Assembly (NCBI GenBank): GCA_965248675.1
Contig: CBDFJZ010000007.1
Coordinates: forward strand, 161,119-225,118
Reading direction: 5' to 3'
Source of the DNA: Dehalococcoidia bacterium
GTDB lineage: Bacteria; Chloroflexota; Dehalococcoidia; UBA2979
DNA length: 64,000 bases
Of this stretch, positions 9,565-18,485 are shown piece by piece. The notes under the pieces are model-generated. The model was not told the DNA's origin. It saw nothing but the letters and a program-made list of their open reading frames with translations, and did not search any database. Positions within the stretch are counted from its first letter, which is position 1. Each line of letters begins with the position of its first letter. A program made the translations under genes and the position numbers.

Positions 9565-10021
9565 CCATTCGAGCGGCGCCTCGCAGCCCCCGACGGCGGC
9601 CGTCGCGGCCGGCGGCGTGATCTACCGCCTCGGCGAGCTCGGCACGGAGATCGTGCTCGTCGCGCGGCGGCACGAGCAGCTCTGGGCGCTGCCGAAGGGC
9701 ACGCCGGAGCCGAGCGAGACGATCGAGGAGACCGCGCTGCGCGAGGTGCGCGAGGAGACCGGGTTGGAGGCGGCGATCGTGGATCGCCTCGGAACGGTGC
9801 GCTACTCGTTCACCAGCCGCAGCGGTGGGCGCGTTGACAAGACCGTGCATCACTTCCTGCTCGAGCCGATCGGTGGGAGCTTCGACGACCACGACGACGA
9901 GTTCGACCACGTGGACTGGTACAACATCCACGAGGCGCAGCGGCGGCTCACGCACCGCAACCAGCTCCACATCCTGGAGCGCGCCGAACAGCTGATCGCG
10001 ACCCGCGAGGCGAGCGGCTGA
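9548..10021 (+). CDS. NUDIX hydrolase
   Basis: Nudix box GTPEPSETIEETALREVREETGLE (GX5EX7REUXEEXGU). The start is uncertain and overlaps the HEAT gene end. Confidence 0.8.
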   Translation: MARASDHSSGASQPPTAAVAAGGVIYRLGELGTEIVLVARRHEQLWALPKGTPEPSETIEETALREVREETGLEAAIVDRLGTVRYSFTSRSGGRVDKTVHHFLLEPIGGSFDDHDDEFDHVDWYNIHEAQRRLTHRNQLHILERAEQLIATREASG

Positions 10022-10074
10022 TCGCGACCGCCCGCGGCCGCGGATAATCGCGACACAACGCGCAACCGGCTAGG

Positions 10075-10626
10075 ATGGCGGCGATGACCGCCATCGAGTC
10101 TGACGTCATCCGAACCGGGGAGTTGGTCCGACTACGGATCAAGCAGGTGGACGACGCCGAACGCGACTTCGAGTGGCGCCGCGATCCGGAGCTTGCCGCC
10201 TACGACGCGGCCCGGCCGCTCCGGGTCTCCTTCAATACGTTCCTCTCGACGATGACCGAGGAGCTGCGCTACCCAACCTCGCACCGGCGGACGTTCGCGA
10301 TCGAGGACCTGGAGACGGACACGCACATCGGCAACGTCATGTACTACGGGTACGACCACCGCGAGAACGAGGCGGAGCTGGGGATCACGATCGGCGACCG
10401 CGACTTCTGGTCGCGCGGCTACGGCACAGACGCGGTCCGGACGCTGATCGACTACCTGTTCGTCGACCTCGGTATCCACCGGCTGTATCTGCATACGCTC
10501 GCATGGAACTACCGCGCGCAACGCTGTTTCGAGCACGCCGGCTTCCAACTTGTCCGCCACGTGAACCGCGGTGGGCACGAGTTCATCCTGATGGATATCA
10601 CGGAAGACGGCCTCGCCGGACTCTAG
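10075..10626 (+). CDS. GNAT family N-acetyltransferase (RimJ/RimL-like)
   Basis: 183 aa with a typical GNAT core (WSRGYGTDAVRTLIDYLF, LHTLAWNYRAQRCFEHAGF). Confidence 0.8.
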   Translation: MAAMTAIESDVIRTGELVRLRIKQVDDAERDFEWRRDPELAAYDAARPLRVSFNTFLSTMTEELRYPTSHRRTFAIEDLETDTHIGNVMYYGYDHRENEAELGITIGDRDFWSRGYGTDAVRTLIDYLFVDLGIHRLYLHTLAWNYRAQRCFEHAGFQLVRHVNRGGHEFILMDITEDGLAGL

Positions 10627-11023
10627 CGAGACGCTCGCTGTGACCGCGATCGGCTCGGGAGGAGGACGCGTGTAGGCGTCACCTTGCATCATCGGGAAGA
10701 ACGCCACGCTTCCCACTGGCATCGAGATTCTGGTGGGCGACGCGCTGCGCCTTCGGCCCGGTATGCGAAGTTTGATCGATCCCGCCCGACGTATTCGGAT
10801 CGCCCTACGGGCTAGGCCCACCCTCATCCGCTGCGGGCTGCAAGCTCAAGATCGCCCTCCGGGCGAGGCGCCCCGCACCCCGTCCCGAGTCCTCGAGCGG
10901 GCAGTCTTGCCGCATCCGAGGGCCCCGAGCTGCAGAGGCGCAGGGTGCGTTCGTCACGCGACCAGGTGCGTTGCCCGAGCCGATGGCACCCCATGCGCGA
11001 ACAAGACGCCCGCGGACAAGAGA

Positions 11024-11051
11024 AGAGCGGCCACCGCGCGGTGGCCGCTCT
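11024..11051 (-). terminator. GC-rich hairpin downstream of the SDR/thiolase cluster
   Basis: Perfect inverted repeat AGAGCGGCCACC-GCGC-GGTGGCCGCTCT, 24 nt past the stop of the last minus-strand gene (stop at 11075). The trailing tract on the minus strand is only weakly T-rich. Confidence 0.45.
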
Positions 11052-11074
11052 GTCGTTCGACGCAGGCCAACGTG

Positions 11075-12043
11075 CTACGCGGTCGCCATCGCGGCGACCG
11101 GGCGGCCGGGGATGTCCAGGTCGTCCGGCGGCGGGGCCGGGTTGCGCAGGCCGGCGAGCAGGACGCTGGGAACGAGGTCGCGCAGTTCCTCGATGGTCCA
11201 GCGATCCGGCTTGTGAATCTCGCGGAACGACTCCACCTCGTGGGAGACGGACACCTGTCCGCCGCTCACGTTGAAGACCTTGCCGTTCACGTCCCAGGCT
11301 TGATCGGTCATCAGGTAGACCACCATCGGCGCCACGTACCTCGGCTCGCGCAGCTCGCTGACGGCGCTCGCCTGGCGGACGGCGCCCTCGATGCCTGCCT
11401 GCGCGCGCAGCTCGCGCGAGGCGTCCGGCACCGTGGCCGTCATACGCGTCGAGGCGCCGGGCGCGATCGCGTTCGCCGTGACACCGTAGCGACCGAGGTC
11501 GCGGGCGAGGCAGCGCGACGCGCCGGCGATGCCGGCCTTCGCCGCGGCGTAGTTGCCCTGGCCGGTGTTGCCTCGGAGGCCGGAGCCCGAAGAGAACCCG
11601 ACGATCCGGCCGTGGCGCTGCTGGCGCATCAGCACGGAGGCGGGCTTGGCAACGTTGAAGTAGCCGGTGAGGTGGACGGCGATCACGTCGTCCCACTCCT
11701 CCTCGGTCATATTGAAGATCATCCGGTCACGGAGGATCCCGGCGACGTGGATGACGCCGTCGATCCGGCCGTAGGCATCCACGGCCTGCTTGATCATGTT
11801 CTCGCCACCCGCTTCGGTGGCGACGGTGTCGAAGTTCGCGGCGGCGACGCCGCCGGCGTCGGTGATCTCCTTCGCGATCGTGGCGGCCGGGCCGTCGTCG
11901 TGGCCGGTGCCGTCCACGTTCACGCCGGGGTCGTTCACGATGACGTTCGCGCCGAGGCTGCCGGCGAGCTTCGCGACTTCGCTGCCAATCCCGCGTCCCG
12001 AACCGGTGACGAGGATCGTTCGTCCTTCAAGTGGAGCTGCCAT
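11075..12043 (-). CDS. short-chain dehydrogenase, MFE-2-type (3R)-hydroxyacyl-CoA dehydrogenase-like
   Basis: Motifs: TGSGRGIG dinucleotide site, VNDPGV..DG (MFE-2-type insert), AGILRD, YAAAKAG (YxxxK). Carries a ~70-aa C-terminal extension. Paralogous to the next gene. Confidence 0.85.
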   Translation of the reverse strand: MAAPLEGRTILVTGSGRGIGSEVAKLAGSLGANVIVNDPGVNVDGTGHDDGPAATIAKEITDAGGVAAANFDTVATEAGGENMIKQAVDAYGRIDGVIHVAGILRDRMIFNMTEEEWDDVIAVHLTGYFNVAKPASVLMRQQRHGRIVGFSSGSGLRGNTGQGNYAAAKAGIAGASRCLARDLGRYGVTANAIAPGASTRMTATVPDASRELRAQAGIEGAVRQASAVSELREPRYVAPMVVYLMTDQAWDVNGKVFNVSGGQVSVSHEVESFREIHKPDRWTIEELRDLVPSVLLAGLRNPAPPPDDLDIPGRPVAAMATA

Positions 12044-12068
12044 CTGTCTCTCTCCCTCTCGACTCGCG

Positions 12069-13043
12069 CTAGGCCAGCGGCTTCGCGGGCGTGTCGCGTC
12101 CGGCGACCTCGACGTCTTCGCGCGGCGGCCCGGGGTTCGTCCTGTTCTTCAGCAGCACGTTGTGCACTGCGTCGTCGAGCTCGGCCATCGACCACAGGCC
12201 GGCCTTGAACACGCCGTCCTCGGGAACCGGGTGGTTCGTGAGGCCGACACGGCCGCCGTTCACGTAGAAGATCTGACCGTTGATGTTCCACGCGTCGTCG
12301 GACGCGAGGAAGCCCGCCATCGGGGCGACATCCTCGGGGTCTCGCCGCGTGAAAGCGCTCTCCTGCGCCGGGGCGGCGCTGCCCGCGCTCGTGATGCCGG
12401 CCTGCGCCCGCAGGTCGCGAGCGGCGTCCGGCACGGTCGCCGTCATGCGCGTCGACGCACCGGGCGAGATCGAGTTGACCGTGATCCCGTAGCGACCGAG
12501 GTCGCGCGCGACGCCTCGCGTCAGTCCACCGATGCCGGCCTTCGCCGCGCCGTAGTTCACCTGGCCAGTGTTTCCGATCAGTCCCGAGCTGGAACTGAAG
12601 TTGATGATTCGCCCGTAGCGCTGCTGACGCATCAGCACCGACGCCGGCTTAATCGTGCTGTAGTGACCCTTCAGGTGGACGGCGATCACGTCGTCCCACT
12701 CCTGGTGGGTCATGTTGAAGACCATGCGGTCGCGCAGGATGCCCGCCGTGTTCACGACGATGTCGATGCGGCCATAGGTGTCGACCGCCTGCTTGACCAT
12801 GTTTTCGCCGCCAGCCAGTTCGGCGACCGAGTCGAAGTTCGCCGAGGCTTCGCCGCCGGCTCCCTTGATCTCGCTCACCACCTGAGCCGCCGGGCCCTCG
12901 TCGTGTCCGGATCCGTCAACGGCGACGCCAGGGTCGTTGACGATGACGTTCGCGCCCTCCGCCGCGTAGAGCTTCGCGATCCCGCGACCGATGCCTCGGC
13001 CCGATCCGGTGACGACGGCTACCTTGCCGTCCAGCACGCCCAT
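12069..13043 (-). CDS. short-chain dehydrogenase, MFE-2-type (paralogue of 11075..12043)
   Basis: Same motif set (TGSGRGIG, VNDPGVAVDGSG, AGILRD, YGAAKAG). Collinear with its neighbour over the full length. Confidence 0.85.
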   Translation of the reverse strand: MGVLDGKVAVVTGSGRGIGRGIAKLYAAEGANVIVNDPGVAVDGSGHDEGPAAQVVSEIKGAGGEASANFDSVAELAGGENMVKQAVDTYGRIDIVVNTAGILRDRMVFNMTHQEWDDVIAVHLKGHYSTIKPASVLMRQQRYGRIINFSSSSGLIGNTGQVNYGAAKAGIGGLTRGVARDLGRYGITVNSISPGASTRMTATVPDAARDLRAQAGITSAGSAAPAQESAFTRRDPEDVAPMAGFLASDDAWNINGQIFYVNGGRVGLTNHPVPEDGVFKAGLWSMAELDDAVHNVLLKNRTNPGPPREDVEVAGRDTPAKPLA

Positions 13044-13409
13044 CTGGTTGTCCTTCCTGAGTCGCGAGGCCGCTTCGGACGCTCGCTGACCGCTGGGTGG
13101 TCGTCGATCTCAGTCACTGCCGGCGGACCCGCCCTCGTGCACCATCGACGAATTGCGCTGCCGCGCACGCGAGTTGGTGCATAACGAGCGGGACAGATCA
13201 ACAGCTTCATTCCGCTGCGCGGCTCTCTCCTCAACAGGAGTGAGAGGCTGCTGCGGACGCTGATCAGATGCCGCGCCGCCGCACGGCCGGGCTGACGATA
13301 GCGGCGGTCCGGATTCAGTGTCAATGACGCCGGAGCGGTCGCCACCATGCGCGCTGCTCGCTCCCGCCCGGCGAGGCCGAGGCGACGGACAGAAACGGAG
13401 GTCCCGCGC

Positions 13410-14174
13410 CTAGCCGTCGCCGGCCGCGCCTTCCACGAGCGCACGCCGCGCCTCGGCGGTCGCCGCCCAGCGTGCCTCTACGTCGTATGGGACGTCGTAG
13501 TACAGCGGGTCGCTCGTCAACTTCCCTTTCGTGAGGTCGAGCGGCCAGTACCGGCCGGAGCGGAGCGCGGCGATCAGCTCCGCCTCAGTCGCGATCTCGG
13601 CCTCGAAATAGGTCGCGGCGCGGCCCATCTGCTGATCTTTGTCGTCGTGCTGATGTGTGTCGTTCGCGGCCGTCGCCGGCAGGTGCATCTGCTGCTGAAT
13701 GCGGAGCGTGAAGTCGTTCTCCGCCGCGGTCCCGCGGCCGTTGAGCACCTCGATCGCGGTGATGAAGCGATACGCGGGGTTGCGGGTGGCGCGGGTCAGC
13801 GCGTCTTCGTACTCCCGCTCGTCCTCGGGTTTCCACGGCATCTGGCGGCGGTAGGGGTGGGCGGCGATCATCACGCCGCCGACCTGGTCGACGAACTCGG
13901 CGAGCTCGTGGCTGCGGTGCATGCCGAACTTGTACTCGTGGAGACCGAAGACGAGGATATGGCCGTCCTCGGTGTTGATCTCCATCGCGCGGATGATCGT
14001 GAAGTCGTGCTGCTTCGCGAGGTCGGCGACCTCGTCCGCCTCCCACGCCCAGTCGTGCTCCGCGAGCACCATCGCGTCGAGGCCCGCCTCTTTCGCGAGG
14101 TCGACCATCTCGTCGGGCGTGATGAACGAATCCCACGACCGGGGTTTGGTGTGCGTATGGAGGTCGATCAGCAT
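13410..14174 (-). CDS. PHP-domain metal-dependent phosphoesterase
   Basis: The N-terminal DLHTHT motif and later EH / H / DTH metal-ligand positions are typical of the PHP superfamily. Confidence 0.75.
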   Translation of the reverse strand: MLIDLHTHTKPRSWDSFITPDEMVDLAKEAGLDAMVLAEHDWAWEADEVADLAKQHDFTIIRAMEINTEDGHILVFGLHEYKFGMHRSHELAEFVDQVGGVMIAAHPYRRQMPWKPEDEREYEDALTRATRNPAYRFITAIEVLNGRGTAAENDFTLRIQQQMHLPATAANDTHQHDDKDQQMGRAATYFEAEIATEAELIAALRSGRYWPLDLTKGKLTSDPLYYDVPYDVEARWAATAEARRALVEGAAGDG

Positions 14175-14224
14175 CTGGTCAGGACATCCGCGCTCTCACT
14201 CGACCCGGCCCCGCCATACACGAA

Positions 14225-14250
14225 GCGGGGGCGGTGATGGCCGCCCCCGC
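14225..14250 (-). terminator. 10-bp GC hairpin between thiolase copy 1 and the PHP gene
   Basis: GCGGGGGCGG-tgatgg-CCGCCCCCGC. No U-tract follows, so its function is uncertain. Confidence 0.25.
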
Positions 14251-14254
14251 CTCG

Positions 14255-14293
14255 CATGGTGTCAGGGCATGGTGTCAGGGCATGGTGTCAGGG
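14255..14293. repeat. 13-bp tandem repeat x3 (CATGGTGTCAGGG)
   Basis: Three exact head-to-tail units, read directly from the sequence. Confidence 0.9.
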
Positions 14294-14339
14294 TCGACGC
14301 GAGACGCCACTCCCACGCCTCCGAAGGTCGGAGCTGCTC

Positions 14340-15551
14340 CTAGACATCGGCCGTCAGTACCAGTGTGCCGGTCACGGACAGGCTGCCGCCCGTGCCGTTC
14401 ACCACGCATGACTGCGCGTTCGTCTGCTTGCCCTCGATGCCGTGGACGCCGTCCTCGGCGATGCTGGCGAGCTGCCGGTAGGCCTCGACCAGCAGCATCA
14501 TCCCGTACATGCCGGAGTGGCTGAACGAGAGCCCGCCGCCGTTGGTGTTCACCGGGAACTTGCCGCCGGGGCTGGCGTTGCCGTCGGCCCACAACGAGGG
14601 CCCCTCGCCTCGAGGGGTGAGGCCGAGCATCTCGGCCGTGATCCCAGCGGTGACCGTGAACGAGTCATAGATCATGGCCATTTCCATGTCGTTCGGACCC
14701 ATGCCGGCCATGCGGTAGGCAGTCTCGCTGGAGGCGGCCGCGGACGTGGCCGTGAAGTCGTCCATCTCCAGCATGTCGGCGTGGCTCTGGCTCTCGCCGG
14801 CGCCGGCGATCCAGACGGGCGCGGTCTTGAACGATCGCGCCTTCTCGGCGGACGAGATCAGCACCGCACCGCCGTGATCGGTCACGAGGCAGATGTCGAG
14901 CAGATTCAGCGGCCAGACGATCATCCGTGAGTCCAGCACGTCCTGGACCGTGATCGCTCCGCCGGCCGGGTGCGTGTCCCTGGAGTGCATCACCGCGCGC
15001 GGGTTCAGGCCCGCCCAATCGCGCGTCGCGACGGCGATGTTCGCGAAGTCCTCCTTCGTCGAACCCCACTGGTGCATATGCCGCGTCATCGAGTGCGCGT
15101 AGTTCGAGGGCGCGCCCCAGTTGCCGTAGAGGTTGCCCCCAAACTGGGCGGCCGGCAGCCACGGGTCGCCACCACCACCGCGCAGCGTCCCGTTGCCCTG
15201 GTTCTTGCGCGACGAGAAACCGGCCTCGCCATGACTGACCACGGCGAGATCGATGATGCCCGCGTTGATCGCGGCCATCGCATGGTGGACGTGCATCTGG
15301 AACGAGCAGCCACCGACGCTCGTCGTATCGATGTAGTTGGGGTGGATCCCGAGGTACTCGGCGAGCAGGTTCGAGTTGTTCGTCGAGAAGACGCCGTCGA
15401 TCTCGGCCGGGGAGACGCCGGCCTCGTTGCAGACGTTGCGGATCGCCTCGATGTGCAGGTTGAGGGCGGTCGTGCCCTCCTCGATGTAGCCGATCTTGTC
15501 GGATTCGGCGGCCGCGACGATCGCGGCGCTCATGGAAGGGTTGCTGGGCAT
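14340..15551 (-). CDS. SCP-x/nonspecific lipid-transfer-type thiolase-like protein, copy 1
   Basis: 403 aa thiolase-superfamily protein (SVGGCSFQ nucleophile region, C-terminal NTNGGGLSFSHSGMYG). Paired with a DUF35 gene, as in BbsAB- or Ltp2-type systems. Confidence 0.85.
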   Translation of the reverse strand: MPSNPSMSAAIVAAAESDKIGYIEEGTTALNLHIEAIRNVCNEAGVSPAEIDGVFSTNNSNLLAEYLGIHPNYIDTTSVGGCSFQMHVHHAMAAINAGIIDLAVVSHGEAGFSSRKNQGNGTLRGGGGDPWLPAAQFGGNLYGNWGAPSNYAHSMTRHMHQWGSTKEDFANIAVATRDWAGLNPRAVMHSRDTHPAGGAITVQDVLDSRMIVWPLNLLDICLVTDHGGAVLISSAEKARSFKTAPVWIAGAGESQSHADMLEMDDFTATSAAASSETAYRMAGMGPNDMEMAMIYDSFTVTAGITAEMLGLTPRGEGPSLWADGNASPGGKFPVNTNGGGLSFSHSGMYGMMLLVEAYRQLASIAEDGVHGIEGKQTNAQSCVVNGTGGSLSVTGTLVLTADV

Positions 15552-15569
15552 GGTTTGAGCTCCTCGCAG

Positions 15570-15989
15570 CTAGTCGACCACGCGCCAGTAAGGCACGTAG
15601 ACGTCGTCGCTGGCCTGGTCGAACTCGATCTTCACCTTGGCGCCGATCTGGATCGACTCGGGGTTCTCGGCGTCCACGCCGCGCAGTGCGGTGAACATCC
15701 GGTCGCCCTCGACGAGGTCGATGTAGGCGGTGGCGTACGGCGTCTCGTCGGCCCAGCCGCCGAACGCGCGGTTCTGCACGGCGTAGGTGTGGATGAAGCC
15801 CTCACCGCTGGCCTCGAACCACTCGATCGAGGAGCTGTGGCAGTGCGGGCAGAGGATGCGCGGGTACCAGTGGACGCGGTTGCAGGTGGTGCAGCGGGGA
15901 AGCATCAGCTTCCCCTCTTTGGCGCCGTCCCAGAACGGCTGCGTGACATACGGGTCCGGGCTCGGGATGGGCTTGTCGTAGTCGGCCAT
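15570..15989 (-). CDS. DUF35 OB-fold / zinc-ribbon protein, copy 1
   Basis: 139 aa. Zn-ribbon CTTCNRVHWYPRILCPHC followed by an OB-fold region. Its stop lies 18 nt upstream of the thiolase start. Confidence 0.85.
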   Translation of the reverse strand: MADYDKPIPSPDPYVTQPFWDGAKEGKLMLPRCTTCNRVHWYPRILCPHCHSSSIEWFEASGEGFIHTYAVQNRAFGGWADETPYATAYIDLVEGDRMFTALRGVDAENPESIQIGAKVKIEFDQASDDVYVPYWRVVD

Positions 15990-16095
15990 TCCCGCTCCTT
16001 TCTCAATCGCTGAGGGCGGCCTAGAGGGCTGCCGTTTGTTGTTCGATCAGGGCCGCGAGACGCCCCTCCGACATCCCGCGGCGGCGGAGGTCTCT

Positions 16096-17307
16096 CTAGA
16101 CGTCCGCCGTCAGCACCAGCGTGCCGGTCACCGACAGCAAGCCGCCGGTGCCGTTCACCACGCATGACTGCGCATCGGTCTGCTTGCCCTCGATGCCGTG
16201 GACGCCGTCCTCGGCGATGCCGGCGAGCTGCCGGTAGGCCTCGACGAGCATCATCATCCCGTACATGCCGGAATGGCTGAACGAGAGGCCGCCGCCATTG
16301 GTGTTGACCGGGAACTTGCCGCCGGGGCTGGCGTTGCCGTCCGCCCAGAGGGAGGGTCCCTCGCCTCGAGGGGTGAGGCCGAGCATCTCGGCCGTGATCC
16401 CAGCGGTGACCGTGAACGAGTCATAGATCATGGCCATTTCCATGTCGTTCGGACCCATGCCGGCCATGCGGTAGGCAGTCTCGCTGGAGGCGGCCGCGGA
16501 CGTGGCCGTGAAGTCGTCCATCTCCAGCATGTCGGCGTGGCTCTGGCTCTCGCCGGCGCCGGCGATCCAGACGGGCGCGGTCTTGAACGATCGCGCCTTC
16601 TCGGCGGACGAGATCAGCACCGCACCGCCGTGGTCGGTGACGAGGCAGATGTCGAGCAGGTTCAGCGGCCAGATGATCATCCGTGAGTCGATGACGTCCT
16701 TGACGGTGATCAGACCACCGAACTTGTTGGTCTCCTCCGAGAACATCACCGCCCGCGGGTTCAGCCCCGCCCACTCGCGCGTGACGACCGCGATGTTCGC
16801 GAAGTCTTCCTTCGTCGAACCCCACTGGTGCATGTGCCGCGTGAGCGCATGGGCGTAGTAGGAGGGCGGCCCCCAGGCGCCATACGGGCCGCCGCCGAAC
16901 TGCGCGCCGGGCAGCCACGGGTCGCCACCACCACCGCGCAGCGTCCCGTTGCCCTGGTTCTTGCGCGACGAGAAACCGGCCTCGCCATGACTGACCACGG
17001 CGAGATCGATGATGCCCGCGTTGATCGCGGCCATCGCATGGTGGACGTGCATCTGGAACGAGCAGCCACCGACGCTCGTCGTATCGATGTAGTTGGGGTG
17101 GATCCCGAGGTACTCGGCGAGCAGGTTCGAGTTGTTCGTCGAGAAGACGCCGTCGATCTCGGCCGGGGAGACGCCGGCCTCGTTGCAGACGTTGCGGATC
17201 GCCTCGATGTGCAGGTTGAGGGCGGTCGTGCCCTCCTCGATGTAGCCGATCTTGTCGGATTCGGCGGCTGCAACGATCGCGGCGCTCATGGAAGGGTTGC
17301 TGGGCAT
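16096..17307 (-). CDS. SCP-x-type thiolase-like protein, copy 2
   Basis: 403 aa. Residues 1-133 and ~213-360 are identical to copy 1. About 20 substitutions are concentrated in residues 134-212. Confidence 0.85.
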   Translation of the reverse strand: MPSNPSMSAAIVAAAESDKIGYIEEGTTALNLHIEAIRNVCNEAGVSPAEIDGVFSTNNSNLLAEYLGIHPNYIDTTSVGGCSFQMHVHHAMAAINAGIIDLAVVSHGEAGFSSRKNQGNGTLRGGGGDPWLPGAQFGGGPYGAWGPPSYYAHALTRHMHQWGSTKEDFANIAVVTREWAGLNPRAVMFSEETNKFGGLITVKDVIDSRMIIWPLNLLDICLVTDHGGAVLISSAEKARSFKTAPVWIAGAGESQSHADMLEMDDFTATSAAASSETAYRMAGMGPNDMEMAMIYDSFTVTAGITAEMLGLTPRGEGPSLWADGNASPGGKFPVNTNGGGLSFSHSGMYGMMMLVEAYRQLAGIAEDGVHGIEGKQTDAQSCVVNGTGGLLSVTGTLVLTADV

Positions 17308-17325
17308 GGTTTGAGCTCCTCGCAG

Positions 17326-17745
17326 CTAGTCGACCACGCGCCAGTAAGGCACGTAGACGTCGTCGCTGGCCTGGTCGAACTCGATCTTCACCTTGGCGCC
17401 GATCTGGATCGACTCGGGGTTCTCGGCGTCCACGCCGCGCAGTGCGGTGAACATCCGGTCGCCCTCGACGAGGTCGATGTAGGCGGTGGCGTACGGCGTC
17501 TCGTCGGCCCAGCCGCCGAACGCGCGGTTCTGCACGGCGTAGGTGTGGATGAAGCCCTCACCGCTGGCCTCGAACCACTCGATCGAGGAGCTGTGGCAGT
17601 GCGGGCAGAGGATGCGCGGGTACCAGTGGACGCGGTTGCAGGTGGTGCAGCGGGGAAGCATCAGCTTCCCCTCTTTGGCGCCGTCCCAGAACGGCTGCGT
17701 GACATACGGGTCCGGGCTCGGGATGGGCTTGTCGTAGTCGGCCAT
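17326..17745 (-). CDS. DUF35 OB-fold / zinc-ribbon protein, copy 2
   Basis: The protein is identical to copy 1 from MADYDKP. The longer ORF 17326..17943 is an upstream read-through. The start is set by comparison with copy 1. Confidence 0.85.
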   Translation of the reverse strand: MADYDKPIPSPDPYVTQPFWDGAKEGKLMLPRCTTCNRVHWYPRILCPHCHSSSIEWFEASGEGFIHTYAVQNRAFGGWADETPYATAYIDLVEGDRMFTALRGVDAENPESIQIGAKVKIEFDQASDDVYVPYWRVVD

Positions 17746-18110
17746 TCCCGCTCCTTTCTCATCGGGCGGGTGACGCGACCGTGCGGTGCGCCGCCCTGGG
17801 GCTGGTGGACGCTGCTCGGTACCCGAACAGACGGGGCCGAAGTCGCGATCGGCTGTCCGGCCTCTGGGGGGAGCCTGCGGACCGCATGGTGCGCGAGCGG
17901 TTCCGAGGGGCCAGTTCGCGCCGAGGTCGCGACCGGGGCGCACTCTAGCGGGGTGGTGATCGTCGGGTCAACAACGGCCGTCGCGGCCCGCTTGTGATTC
18001 ATTGAACGCCATCAGACGCCATGCTACGTTCCCCCCGCGCGAGCCCTTGTCGGGTCCACGACGATGTGCACCCAGCGGACAGCCGGGCCGCTCCAGGAGG
18101 GCCGCAGCGA

Positions 18111-18485
18111 GTGATCCCGGAGCAGTTCGGGCGAGTCGTCATTCTGCTCGGGGTCGCGCTCGCTTTCCCGGCGCTTCCGCTGACCGTCTCCTACCTGTTT
18201 TATCGATTCCGGATCCGCCCCGACCGCCCCGATCCGATCAAGGACGCGACCTACGAGTGCGGGGTGATCGCCGAGGGTGGGTCGTGGGGGCAGTTCAACG
18301 CCCGCTACTACCTGTTCGCCCTGGGGTTCGTGATCTTCGATGTGGAGGTCGTGTTCCTCTATCCGTGGGCGGTGATCCACGGCGAGCTGGTCGCCGCCGC
18401 GCTGATCAAGGCCGGCATCTTCATCGGGATCCTCGCGTTCGGCCTCGCCTATGCGTGGCGGCGCGGCGCCCTGGAGTGGCGCTAG
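18111..18485 (+). CDS. nuoA: NADH-quinone oxidoreductase subunit A
   Basis: YECG and FDVEVVFLYPW motifs and three TM helices. The start at GTG 18111 within ORF 18021..18485 is uncertain. Confidence 0.85.
   Translation: MIPEQFGRVVILLGVALAFPALPLTVSYLFYRFRIRPDRPDPIKDATYECGVIAEGGSWGQFNARYYLFALGFVIFDVEVVFLYPWAVIHGELVAAALIKAGIFIGILAFGLAYAWRRGALEWR

Larger units (their letters stand above)
14337..17759 (-). repeat. tandem direct duplication (period 1756 bp) of a thiolase-like + DUF35 gene pair
   Basis: 14337-16003 aligns base-for-base with 16093-17759. Identity is mosaic: long near-identical blocks alternate with clearly diverged blocks. Confidence 0.95.

Noticed and set aside
17326-17943. Extended 205-aa version of DUF35 copy 2.
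   Set aside because: The extra N-terminal 66 aa are Arg/Pro/Gly-rich and lie outside the duplicated unit. Copy 1 defines the start at MADYDKP.
17885-17945. Possible eighth copy of repeat module B (..CATGGTGCGCGAGCGG...GCGACCGGGGCGCAC).
   Set aside because: Only the left arm is recognisable and the return arm GCCCCGG is missing. It is mentioned as a possible relic but not counted.
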